Source: Thecamonas trahens ATCC 50062
Lineage: Eukaryota; Protista; Apusomonadida
Assembly: GCF_000142905.1 (NCBI RefSeq)
Contig: NW_013657649.1
Location: 186,001-250,000, forward strand
Length of the DNA stretch: 64,000 nt
Direction: 5' to 3'
Part shown: piece by piece, positions 1 through 9,225 of the stretch
Numbering within the stretch: the stretch's first letter is position 1
Layout: every line of letters starts with the position of its first letter
Made by a program: the position numbers and the translations under genes
The notes under the pieces: generated by a model
Seen by the model: only the letters and a program-made list of their open reading frames with translations
Database searches by the model: none
Told to the model about the DNA's origin: nothing

Positions 1-30
1 GATCTGCAGCTTCATCACGTCACCACACGC
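1..30 (-). CDS. ISCU: Internal exon of Fe-S cluster scaffold IscU/Isu1 (continues off the left edge)
   Basis: Reverse complement of 1-30 translates to ACGDVMKLQI, the IscU signature (GAPACGDVMKLQI), directly after a CAG acceptor at 33-31. Upstream exons not located, possibly in the 577-676 gap. Confidence 0.85.
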
Positions 31-796
31 CTGTTCACCATCATCGTACCTCGGCTTTCTGTGAGTACACCCGCAATCAGAGGGATGTGTCTTGGTCGGC
101 CATGGCTTGCGTCAGACAGACCAGACCACAAGGCTACATACCACATCCACATGCAACCATATCAACCACATCAACCCGTTCCAATCCCGACACAGACACA
201 GCATCCATTCATCCCCAGACATCCCCATGCCCCCTCCCAATCGCCCCCCCCCCCCCCCCCCCACCACCTTGTGCACGTATGCGCGGTGGAGGGGAGTGTG
301 TGCGGATAGGGTGGGGCGGTGATCACGGGCGCGGCAAGGAACGACCGCGACCGCCTCCCGAAGAGACTCGGGGGTACAGGGAAGGGACGGAGAGGGCGAC
401 AAGGGGAAAAAAGGTACACAGAGGAAGAATAGAGAGGGGCATCTACACCTCTGGTGTGTGCAGAAGGGGGTTAAAGGGTAGGTGGGCTCCTCATGGATGG
501 AGGTAATGGTTGGGGGGGGGGGAAGGGACGACAAGGGGGGTGATCAGCGAGAGGGAGGGGCGGGCGCATGAAATATNNNNNNNNNNNNNNNNNNNNNNNN
601 NNNNNNNNNNNNNNNNNNNNNNNNNNNNNNNNNNNNNNNNNNNNNNNNNNNNNNNNNNNNNNNNNNNNNNNNNNNNTGGGGGAAGGTCACAACCGGGTTG
701 TGGCCGTCTGCTAACAGCTGTGTCGTCGTCGATATTCCGGCAATCAGGGTGTTAGGGATGGGATCGGGATGGTTGAGATCGGAGTCATCCCTTTGA

Positions 797-836
797 GGTG
801 GTGGTGGTGGTGGTGGTGGTGGTGGTGGTGGTGGTG
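797..836. repeat. (GGT)n microsatellite
   Basis: Perfect run of about 13 GGT units. Confidence 0.9.
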
Positions 837-1064
837 ATCAGCCGAGTGCGACTCGGCTTGACGTCCATCCGGCTCGAGGTCTGTCGGTGACCGACTGCAG
901 CTGAGCAGAGCGGGTCAGAGGCGACCGGTAGGACCCGTACTCATACCCATACCACTCGTATCCAACCTGAATCACTCTTCTCTCTCCCCCCTCCCTCCCC
1001 CCCCCTCCCTCCCTCCCTCCCTCCCTCCCTCCCTCCCTCCTCTTCTCCCTCTTCTGTGGTCATC

Positions 1065-2125
1065 ATGTGGTGGGCGCTGCAAGCTGGCGCGGCTGTGGCG
1101 TCTTACGGCACACCCTTTGTGGGCCTCCCGTTGCTGTACTACCTCGGCGAGTACGGGTCGTTCATGCGGGCCTCGCTGGTGGTCACACTCTTCCACTCGC
1201 TCTTCCTGGCGCTGGTAGTCAAGCCGTTTCCCTCGCTCCGGAGCCTGGCTTCGCTCGTCGAGACGCCTGCCATGGTCGGCACGTCTTCGCTGCTCTACGC
1301 CATCGTTCCCACTGCCGCCGTCTCGGCCTACTCGGGGCTGCTGCACGCTGTCGAGCCTGCGGTCCTGGTCATCGAAGGCGTGCAGATGGTGGCGCTTGCG
1401 CTGTACTTTTCGCGGATGATGCACTCGCACATTGCAACGTCGCCGGTCCGCGCCAAGACCGCCATCCTGGTTGTCTCCTTTGTGGCGTACGCGCTCGCCC
1501 TGGTTGTCTTTGCCCGCCTCCTGAGCCACGCCAACATCTCGGTCACGCTCTCGGTCGCCATCTCTGCAGTCCTTACGCTCTCGATGGTCCTGCTCGGCGT
1601 GACCATTGCTGTCGAGCGCGGTATCATCTCGGACGCCGCCCTCCTCGCCCTCTTTATGGCGTACATCTGCTGGATGGCGGTCGAGGTTTCGGACGATGTG
1701 CAGGCTGCGCGCGGGTCGACGGGCGTGGTGCAGACGCTGCGATACATGTTCCGCTACCTTGTCGAGCGCAACGTCTCGTTGACGGCATCGTTTGCGCCGC
1801 TGCTCTCGGTCGAGCTGCTGCTGAGCGTAGGCATGGCCACCATGGCCATCGTCACCCTCCCGCTCGACCTCGACCGCGCTGCCACCGTGCCGTACCAAGT
1901 TGGCCGGGCGGCGCCGCGGTGGTCATGGGCGGCAGTGACCAAGGCGCTTGCGGCCTCGCCGCTGGCTTCGGCCTCGCGCCTTCTTTTGTCCTCGTCTACA
2001 CCCAGTACCTCTCGTGCTCGTACGGCTTTGTCGACGGGACCTACCGCGTCCGCTGGCGCTTCATCCAGGCTGCTGTTGGCCTGGCGTACTACACCTACCG
2101 CATGCTCCGGTTTGAGGCAGAATGA
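1065..2125 (+). CDS. ICE2: ICE2-like multi-pass ER membrane protein; 1-nt frameshift near 1950
   Basis: Multi-TM protein with ICE2-like motifs (P..LVIEG, ERGIISDAALLALFMAYIC). The ICE2-like C-terminus (APSFVLVYTQ...WRFIQAAVGLAYY) lies in a second frame ending TGA 2123-2125; the frames join with one extra nt at ~1950-1954. Confidence 0.65.
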
Positions 2126-2299
2126 ATGTCCATGTTACAGCTCTGCCACCTTCTGCACCTCATCATGCTCGGATCCGGGCTTTGCCTCTGGCGGAATCGG
2201 CCGGCCGGCTGGCTGGCTGGCTGGGGCTGGCTTGGCGCCACCGTCTCTCGTCGAGAGAGGAGACGGGCCGGGAGACGGCTGACACCTCTCTGAGCAAGG

Positions 2300-3561
2300 A
2301 TGGCAGGATCTCAAGTGGTGTCTGTGCTCCAGTGGGTGCAGTGTGTGGCGGACACACTCATCCGGCTCATTGGCCCACTCTTTGTCCTCCTTGCCCTCAC
2401 CCTCACTTCCTCGGTCATCTACGTCTGGTGGGTCGTCCTCCTCCCTCTCCATGTTCCTCAGGTGGTCTCTTTCTGGGGCCTCATCCACTGCATGGTTGCC
2501 GCCTGTCTCATCGTCAACATCCTCTACAACTACATCTCATGCATTATCACCCCTCCGGGAACTCCAAGCAAGGTACCTGCCCTCCCCCTTCCCTCCCCCC
2601 CCTCCCCCCCTCCCCCCCTTCCCCGCCTGCTTCCGTGCCGCCACCCCTACTTCGCCCCCCCCTCCTGCTGCGCCCGCCATGCTCCACCCACCCCTTACAA
2701 CTCACCCCTCCCTCCCTCCCCCCCCCTAANNNNNNNNNNNNNNNNNNNNNNNNNNNNNNNNNNNNNNNNNNNNNNNNNNNNNNNNNNNNNNNNNNNNNNN
2801 NNNNNNNNNNNNNNNNNNNNNNNNNNNNNNNNNNNNNNNNNNNNNNNNNNNNNNNNNNNNNNNNNNNNNNNNNNNNNNNNNNNNNNNNNNNNNNNNNNNN
2901 NNNNNNNNNNNNNNNNNNNNNNNNNNNNNNNNNNNNNNNNNNNNNNNNNNNNNNNNNNNNNNNNNNNNNNNNNNNNNNNNNNNNNNNNNNNNNNNNNNNN
3001 NNNNNNNNNNNNNNNNNNNNNNNNNNNNNNNNNNNNNNNNNNNNNNNNNNNNNNNNNNNNNNNNNNNNNNNNNNNNNNNNNNNNNNNNNNNNNNNNNNNN
3101 NNNNNNNNNNNNNNNNNNNNNNNNNNNNNNNNNNNNNNNNNNNNNNNNNNNNNNNNNNNNNNNNNNNNNNNNNNNNNNNNNNNNNNNNNNNNNNNNNNNN
3201 NNNNNNNNNNNNNNNNNNNNNNNNNNNNNNNNNNNNNNNNNNNNNNNNNNNNNNNNNNNNNNNNNNNNNNNNNNNNNNNNNNNNNNNCCCGCTTAACCCC
3301 TACCCTAACCTACACCCTCCCCTCCCCTCCCCCTCCCCCCTCCCCCCCCCCCCCCCGTACCCCCCGATGACCACAATCCCTTAACCATACCCATACCCAT
3401 ATACAGGAGCAGATGGCTGACCTGGCAGCAGAGGACGGGGACGATGGCTCTGCCTTTTGCAAGAAGTGTACGTCGAGAGAGAGTGTGTGTGTTGGGGAAC
3501 GGGCAGGGACTGGGGGAGGTGGAGGGGAGGAAGGGACTCATGCTTGGAGATGTTGTGTATG

Positions 3562-3597
<36 letters not shown>

Positions 3598-4370
3598 GTG
3601 GCGGTCTGTGGTCATGGTCCTGGTCGTGGGGAAACTGGGCTGCACGTGGTGGTCATGGCGCGGGTTTCCCCTGGCTTGCTTGGTGGACTCTGGGGACGAT
3701 GATGGGTGGCGGGGGCGGGGGCTGGGGGCGGGAACGGGTGGTGGGGGTGGTTATGATGGCGGGGTGGACATGAAACGGATGATGATGGATATGGGATGGT
3801 ATATGGGCGGGAGTAGGCAACTGCGTCAAGCCGCGCCGGGCGCACCACTGCCATGTGTGCAAGCGCTGTGTGCTCAAGATGGACCATCATTGTCCTTGGA
3901 TCCACAACTGCGTTGGATTTTACAACCATCGGTACTTTGTTCTCTTCCTCATATACATGTGGGCAGGGTGCCTGTACGTGGCGTTCATGTCGTCGGCGCC
4001 GTTCTTCGAGTCTGAGGCCAAGCCGTGGCCGTACCCGATTGGGCGTGGCTCTGTTGTCTTTGTCTTTGTCCTTACTCTCTCGATTTGCTTGGCGCTGACG
4101 TTTATGATGGTGTGGCAGCTGTATCTTGTGATCACTGCGCAGACGACGATCGAGTTCTACTTTAACCGCTTCCGCAAGAAGGAGGCCGCCCAGCACGGCG
4201 AGGTCTGGGTCAACGAGTACGACCTGGGGACGTGGCGCAACCTCGACCAGTTCTTTGGCTACCGCGGCCAGTGGTGGCGTATTTTCTTCCCGGCCTTCTC
4301 TCCGCCGCCGGGCGATGGCATCCACTATCCGACTCTTGTCGAGTCTTCCGTCAATTATCTCTACGTGTAG
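2300..4370 (+). CDS. DHHC palmitoyltransferase (ZDHHC16-like); exons 2300-2572, 3407-3467, 3817-4370
   Basis: Splicing at AAG|gtacct...atacag|GAG and T|gtacgt...gagtag|GC rebuilds [43 protein letters not shown] and NEYDLG motifs and 4 TM segments present. Intron 1 contains an N-gap. Confidence 0.9.
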
Positions 4371-4470
4371 GTGCAGTCGTGTAAAGTCTTGCCGCTCAAG
4401 ATCAGCTCTCTGGCTCGGCGGCGTCAGTAGTGTAGGGTTATCATCTCTTTTAGTCCCGCCTTGCGAGCGG

Positions 4471-5471
4471 CTACAACCACTTGTGGTGTTCGCGCGGCTC
4501 ATTGTCCTCGCGCCGATCGTATGCATAGTGGTACTCGGTGACCTCGTTGCGGAGCGCTCGGTGGCTCGCGGGCCAAAGGTGGGCGTCGGAGCAGCAGCCC
4601 GTGTCAACCGCGAGCCCGAGCCGGCGATGGCTGAGGCCGGCACTGTAGTGGGACGCTCGACGCTCGCGTGCGCGCCGTAAGTCGCTCCAGTGGTAGTCTC
4701 CCACATGTTTGCCGGCCCGTAGCTCGGCGGGATCCGGGTTCGGTCAGCATTAGCGCACGCTACCACCTCGGACGGTGGCAGGTCAAAGCCAGCGTCCGGG
4801 TCGGGTTGCGGCACGTGAGTGGCCTGGTACGTTGTCACCATGCCGGTGTGCGGGACCGGGCGGAACGACGACGGGAGGCGCGCTGTAGCCGGATCGGAAT
4901 CACTGGCTGATGGTGGGCGTGATGAGCTGCGCGACGCTGCCGCCGCCCGAAGGTGGTCGGCCTCGTCGCGGTTCATGCCACGGGCAGCGTCAGGGTTGTC
5001 GCGCATGAGCGTGATAGCGTGCTCGGCGGCGTGCGGGAAGGCTGACTCGGGCGGAACGCCGTACGCCGCATGGGTCTCGGAGAGTGGCACAAGCGATCCA
5101 AACGGCAGCGTCGCGGGATCCATGGTCTGCAGCGGGCGGTTTGCGGCCTTGCGGGTGGCAGCGTCGATCTCGGCAGCCTTGGTCTCGCCCTCTTGCTCCG
5201 CCTCCTCCCGAGTGGCGCGCGCCTGCGCCAGCCGCTCCTCGGCGCTCTTCACCGCGGCATCAAAATGCGGCAGGGCAAGGGCATCCTTGTCAAGCGCGTA
5301 ATTGAGCCTGTCCGAAAGCGGCGCCTTGTTGTGCGACGGGTGCTCGAGGACAGACGGCACGGCCACAGGCACCTCCTTGGGCGGCGCATACGTCCGCTGA
5401 TGTGTGGTGGCATACATATCAAAGGTAGCTGGATCGTTCCAAAACGCTCCGCCTCGCCTTGAGTCAGCCAT
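4471..5471 (-). CDS. Uncharacterised protein with repeated Mn-like [TS]x[YHT]xxx[YH] motifs; 1-nt frameshift near 4557
   Basis: ATG 5471. Motifs MYATTHQRTY, SETHAAY, VTTYQATH, WETTTGATY. The tail ALRNEVTEYHYAYDRREDNEPREHHKWL* is in a second frame ending TAG 4473-4471, which removes the apparent antisense overlap with the DHHC gene. Confidence 0.6.
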
Positions 5472-5781
5472 TCGCGCGTCACCGTAATCATCCAGCGCCC
5501 GCCGCTGTCCGCGCGCTCTCGGCCGAACAGGCGCCGTTGGCAGCGGTGCTGCCTTGGGCTCCAGCGCGATGCCCGAAGCTATTCATCGCCATCAACCACA
5601 ACGACAACAACAACATCATTATGTGAGTAGCATCCAAGAGAGCGAGGGGGAGGGGGGGGGGGGAGGGAGGGGACGGGGTCACTGCCACCAACGGCCGCCC
5701 GACCGACGACAGTCTCTGGTCAACCTACTCGTTCGGGAGCGGTCTCTGGCCAGCATCTTGGCCTCACCAGCTGTGTACTGG

Positions 5782-6273
5782 TCAGGGCGGAGAGAAGGAG
5801 TGGACGCAAATGACGTCGTTCCAGTCGGACGCCACGCCATGGTGGGAGTCAATGACTGCGTCGAGTGTGCTGCCCCGAGCTAGGCCGGTATGAGGTGAGG
5901 GGTAACGGGGGGGGGGGGGGGGGAGCGGCAGTGGTCGGCCAACCGTTGGGATCGACTGGTCATTGCCAAGCGGCCCGACCAACAGTGGCTCATGTGGCAA
6001 GCTGGAGGTGGAAGGGGGGGGGGGGGGGGGGAGGGACGGGGGAGTCGATCTCCTGCGATCCCTCTCTTGCGATGCAGGAGTATTTTTGGTGGCAGTCTGG
6101 CGAGAGGATGATGTACGGCTGTAGTTAAGGTGCATGTATGCGGGGGTGGGTGGGGGCGGGGAATGTGCGCGAGTGCGCAAGTCGGAGACCAGCGACTCAC
6201 CTCCTTCGACCTCGCACTTCTGGAGCTCCAGGTTCTCCTGCTTGATCTCCAACTCCGGCGTGTACCGCCACAT
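5782..6273 (-). CDS. Possible small spliced ORF (~56 aa); exons 6273-6201 and 5879-5782
   Basis: MWRYTPELEIKQENLELQKCEVEG has strong GC3 bias and ends at G|gtgagt. A phase-compatible acceptor ggcctag|CT gives ARGSTLDAVIDSHHGVASDWNDVICVHSFSPP*. No family recognised. Confidence 0.3.
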   Translation of the reverse strand: MWRYTPELEIKQENLELQKCEVEGGESLVSDLRTRAHSPPPPTPAYMHLNYSRTSSSRQTATKNTPASQERDRRRSTPPSLPPPPPPSTSSLPHEPLLVGPLGNDQSIPTVGRPLPLPPPPPRYPSPHTGLARGSTLDAVIDSHHGVASDWNDVICVHSFSPP

Positions 6274-6416
6274 CTACATAAAGTTGAGGACAAAGTACTT
6301 GATCTACGCGCAGACGCTCTCCCACACCGATTGCGACACGATTGCGAATGCGGCGGAGCGATGGAAGGCGGACAGAGGCACCTGCCCGCACTCCACACCT
6401 GTCTCGCTTGTCCCTT

Positions 6417-7109
6417 ATGCCGGTGAGTGTGGTGGCCGAGGTGTGTAATGGCGATGGGAGGCTGCTGCTGGCTGACTACACATCAACCGTGCGGGCGACG
6501 GAGGACGAGGGGCTAGCCATCGGCGCGCTGCTCAATCTAACCTTTGATTTGCGGCATCCGCTGGAAGATGCCGATGCCGAGGCAAGCGCAGTGGCCTGTT
6601 TGCACATTGCACAGCGTGACGAGATGGACGAGACCATCGCGGCGTACGTGGACGAGGGCGTGCCGTTCATTGCAGCAGCCTTGGATAGCGGCTCCGTCGC
6701 CATAGTCTTCTGCCAGGCCGGCATCTCGCGATCGGCGACAGCGGTGCTTGCCTTCCTGATGATTCACGGCTTTCCTGACGATCCTGAGCGGCAGGTGCCG
6801 CGGACGCTGGCGGACGCCATGGACAAGGTCAAGGCAGCGCGGCCAAACATTGGGCCAAACGCCTCGTTCATCGCGCAGCTGCTCGAGCTGGAGGCTGATC
6901 TGTTCGCGCAGGATGCTGACTATCAGCCGTCGCTCGAGCCTGCAGCTTATGCTGCGGCATCGTTGCAGGCCATGCTTCCCGACTCGCTGTCGCTGGCTAT
7001 CGTCCGTGCAGCAGTCGATGCCCACATTGCGACAACACCGGGCTTCTCGTTCAAGTCGGCCGACGCGGTGAACGCGCTCGTCACATCACTTCTTGATGCT
7101 CTCCTCTGA
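6417..7109 (+). CDS. Dual-specificity protein phosphatase with CUE-like C-terminus
   Basis: Catalytic loop VFCQAGISRSATAVLAFLM and VKAARPNIGPNASFIAQL motif; likely start MPVSVV at 6417. Confidence 0.85.
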   Translation: MPVSVVAEVCNGDGRLLLADYTSTVRATEDEGLAIGALLNLTFDLRHPLEDADAEASAVACLHIAQRDEMDETIAAYVDEGVPFIAAALDSGSVAIVFCQAGISRSATAVLAFLMIHGFPDDPERQVPRTLADAMDKVKAARPNIGPNASFIAQLLELEADLFAQDADYQPSLEPAAYAAASLQAMLPDSLSLAIVRAAVDAHIATTPGFSFKSADAVNALVTSLLDALL

Positions 7110-7254
7110 TCATTTACCGGCTTCAACGGCGGGCGATCCCGAGCTAAGCAGGATCGGGCTAGCAGCGCAAAGCCAGGGCAAGCGGAGTGGAGGTAAATCG
7201 GAGTAACGCAGAGTCGTCCCCCGCTCACCCGGCGGGCTGAAGACAGGGTGGCCA

Positions 7255-7689
7255 TCAGCGGCCAAGAAAGTGCTGGCGACGGACAAGCTGGCGATGGCGA
7301 TCCAGAGTGGCCGAGTCGACGGAGCCCGGCGGGGAGGACGAGATCTTTGCGGTCCTGGACCTGATCTCGGGCTCTGCACCGGGCTCAGCCGGGACAACCT
7401 TGCCATCGCGGAGAACAAAGCGCTGGACGGCAGCATCAGCCTTTGCCACATCAGCGGGGCTCGGGTCGAGGCGGACGGAGAGGATGGAGGAGAGAAAGCG
7501 GAGCTTGGCGTGTCCCTGATCGACAGCCGCCGCCACCGACGCAGCATCAGCACCGGCATAGACCTTGCGGGCGGTGTCGAGCTCTGTTCGCAGCGCTAGG
7601 GCTCTGCCCTCGGGGAGGTGGCGGGCAAAGCGAAGGACTCGCCGGTAGAGGCCTACTACCGCGGATGCGGTTGCCGACGAGGACGCCAT
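7255..7689 (-). CDS. LYR-motif (Complex1_LYR) mitochondrial protein
   Basis: N-terminal VVGLYRRVLRFARHLP LYR signature; 144 aa. Confidence 0.7.
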   Translation of the reverse strand: MASSSATASAVVGLYRRVLRFARHLPEGRALALRTELDTARKVYAGADAASVAAAVDQGHAKLRFLSSILSVRLDPSPADVAKADAAVQRFVLRDGKVVPAEPGAEPEIRSRTAKISSSPPGSVDSATLDRHRQLVRRQHFLGR

Positions 7690-7811
7690 GGGATGTGTGT
7701 GTGTGTGTGTGGAGAGGTGTGGGGAGAGAGGAGGGATCACCGCCCGGGGGGGGGGGGGGGAGTGCATCGCGTGTCGACCACGTTGAGTACAGCGCCCACG
7801 TCATGGACAGC

Positions 7812-8030
7812 GCACGTATCGCGCATAGCATACGTAGATGTCGTATATAGCATACGTAGATGTCGTATATAGCATACGTATCGCGTGCTGCAGGGTATGT
7901 CGTGCACATCGCGCACATCGCGCTTATCGCGCACAACACACACAGCACACACATCGCGCACAACACACACATCGCGCACAGCACACACATCGCTCACAGC
8001 ACACACATTGCTCACAACACACACACATCT
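7812..8030. repeat. Composite minisatellite between divergent genes
   Basis: 22-bp unit tagcatacgtagatgtcgtata occurs about 2.5 times, followed by about 6 imperfect 18-bp units gcaca(a/g)cacacacatcgc. Confidence 0.85.
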
Positions 8031-8140
8031 CCCACATCTCCCACCAATCATCGCCAGTGGCGACGCCTCACATAAGCAGGGCGCCGCCCAGCCCACCCCC
8101 CCGCCCCAGCCCACCCCCTACCCCTACCCCACTCCACCAC

Positions 8141-9181
8141 ATGGCCACCTCCCGCCTGGCCCAGCTGGTGGCAGACGCTGTTCCCTCGCGCAGTGTGGCC
8201 TTTCACTCGTGGTGGCCAAACCTCCTCCCGCCAGCGACCTCATGCGGCTCGGCCGCCGACCGCCTCGTGGCCGCTGGCTGGCACGCCGGCTCGTTGGGCA
8301 CGGCCTTTGCTGCCGGCTACCAGGTGGCGAACGAGTTGTCGTACTACGCAGCGTACGCCGAGGCAGCAGGCGCTGATCCAGCCCGGCTGGCCATGTGTGC
8401 CACAGAGGCTGTCCCTGGCGCCCCGCCGTCGTCCATCGCCACAACCATCGTCGGCGAGCCCGGCGCAAGGCTCCTCTGCGGATCAAAGTCATTTGTGACC
8501 GGCGGGGCGGAGGCCGAGGTCCTCGCTGTCATCGCCGCTGTGGGTGAGAACGACTCGCCGCGCCCGCCGCTGGCTGTTGTTCTGGTCGATGCTGCCAAGG
8601 CCTCTGCCGCCGGCCGTATCTCGTTCCCGGCGCCAAAGCGGAGCGTCGACTTTGTCCCCGACGTCTCGCACTCGCAGCTCATCCTCGACGACGTGCCTGT
8701 TGATGACGGCTCTGGCATGGTGCTGGGTGTGCTGGAAGAGGGTCACGCCTGGCCGCGCATCCTGCGCCCGTTCCGCCTCATTGAGGACTCATGCGTCAAC
8801 GTGGCCACCGGGGCTTACCTAGTCCAGCTCGCCGCGCAGCACGGGCGGCTCGGCAACGCCATTGTCGACGTCATGGCGCCGCTGGCGGCTTACGAGTCGC
8901 TACTGGCCGGCATCGAGGCGCGGGTGAATGACATGTCTGATACTCTCGACCGTCCACTCGACGACACAGCCGAAACGCTTGTCTTTGCCTCGGCTTCCCG
9001 CGGCTCGGCGGCGCTCGTCTCGCACTTGCTCGATGACAGCGCGTTCTGTGCTGCCGAGCCCGACTTTGTTCGCGACGCGCGGCTGTTCCAGGTCGCCGGC
9101 GCCGCCCGCAAGGCCCGCCTTGCCAAGGCGCTACGGCAACTGGCTGGCGACGTCCCGCCCGTTCCACGATCGCGGCTCTGA
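8141..9181 (+). CDS. Acyl-CoA dehydrogenase-like flavoprotein, bacterial-type short form
   Basis: AFAAGYQ, MCATE (FAD-binding ALTE equivalent), LCGSKSFVTGG (GxKxF(I/V)T), FVPDVSH and LRPFRLIED motifs; intronless. Confidence 0.7.
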   Translation: MATSRLAQLVADAVPSRSVAFHSWWPNLLPPATSCGSAADRLVAAGWHAGSLGTAFAAGYQVANELSYYAAYAEAAGADPARLAMCATEAVPGAPPSSIATTIVGEPGARLLCGSKSFVTGGAEAEVLAVIAAVGENDSPRPPLAVVLVDAAKASAAGRISFPAPKRSVDFVPDVSHSQLILDDVPVDDGSGMVLGVLEEGHAWPRILRPFRLIEDSCVNVATGAYLVQLAAQHGRLGNAIVDVMAPLAAYESLLAGIEARVNDMSDTLDRPLDDTAETLVFASASRGSAALVSHLLDDSAFCAAEPDFVRDARLFQVAGAARKARLAKALRQLAGDVPPVPRSRL

Positions 9182-9225
9182 CCGCCGACATCTGGCATGT
9201 ACTCATGTTCAACTGTTTAAGACAA

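Noticed and set aside
3612-4470. 619-aa minus ORF overlapping the DHHC gene antisense
   Set aside because: The extension is the shadow of the DHHC exon and intron; a better-looking C-terminus ends at 4471 in another frame.
6201-6400. Genome-wide TAG reassignment suggested by in-frame TAGs
   Set aside because: Well-supported genes here (DHHC, CDS, PCIF1) terminate at TAG at expected positions, and long genes lack internal TAGs.
1-7689. IscU plus LYR gene as an Fe-S assembly cluster
   Set aside because: The LYR protein is longer than ISD11/LYRM4 and lacks its recognisable motifs, and unrelated genes lie between them.
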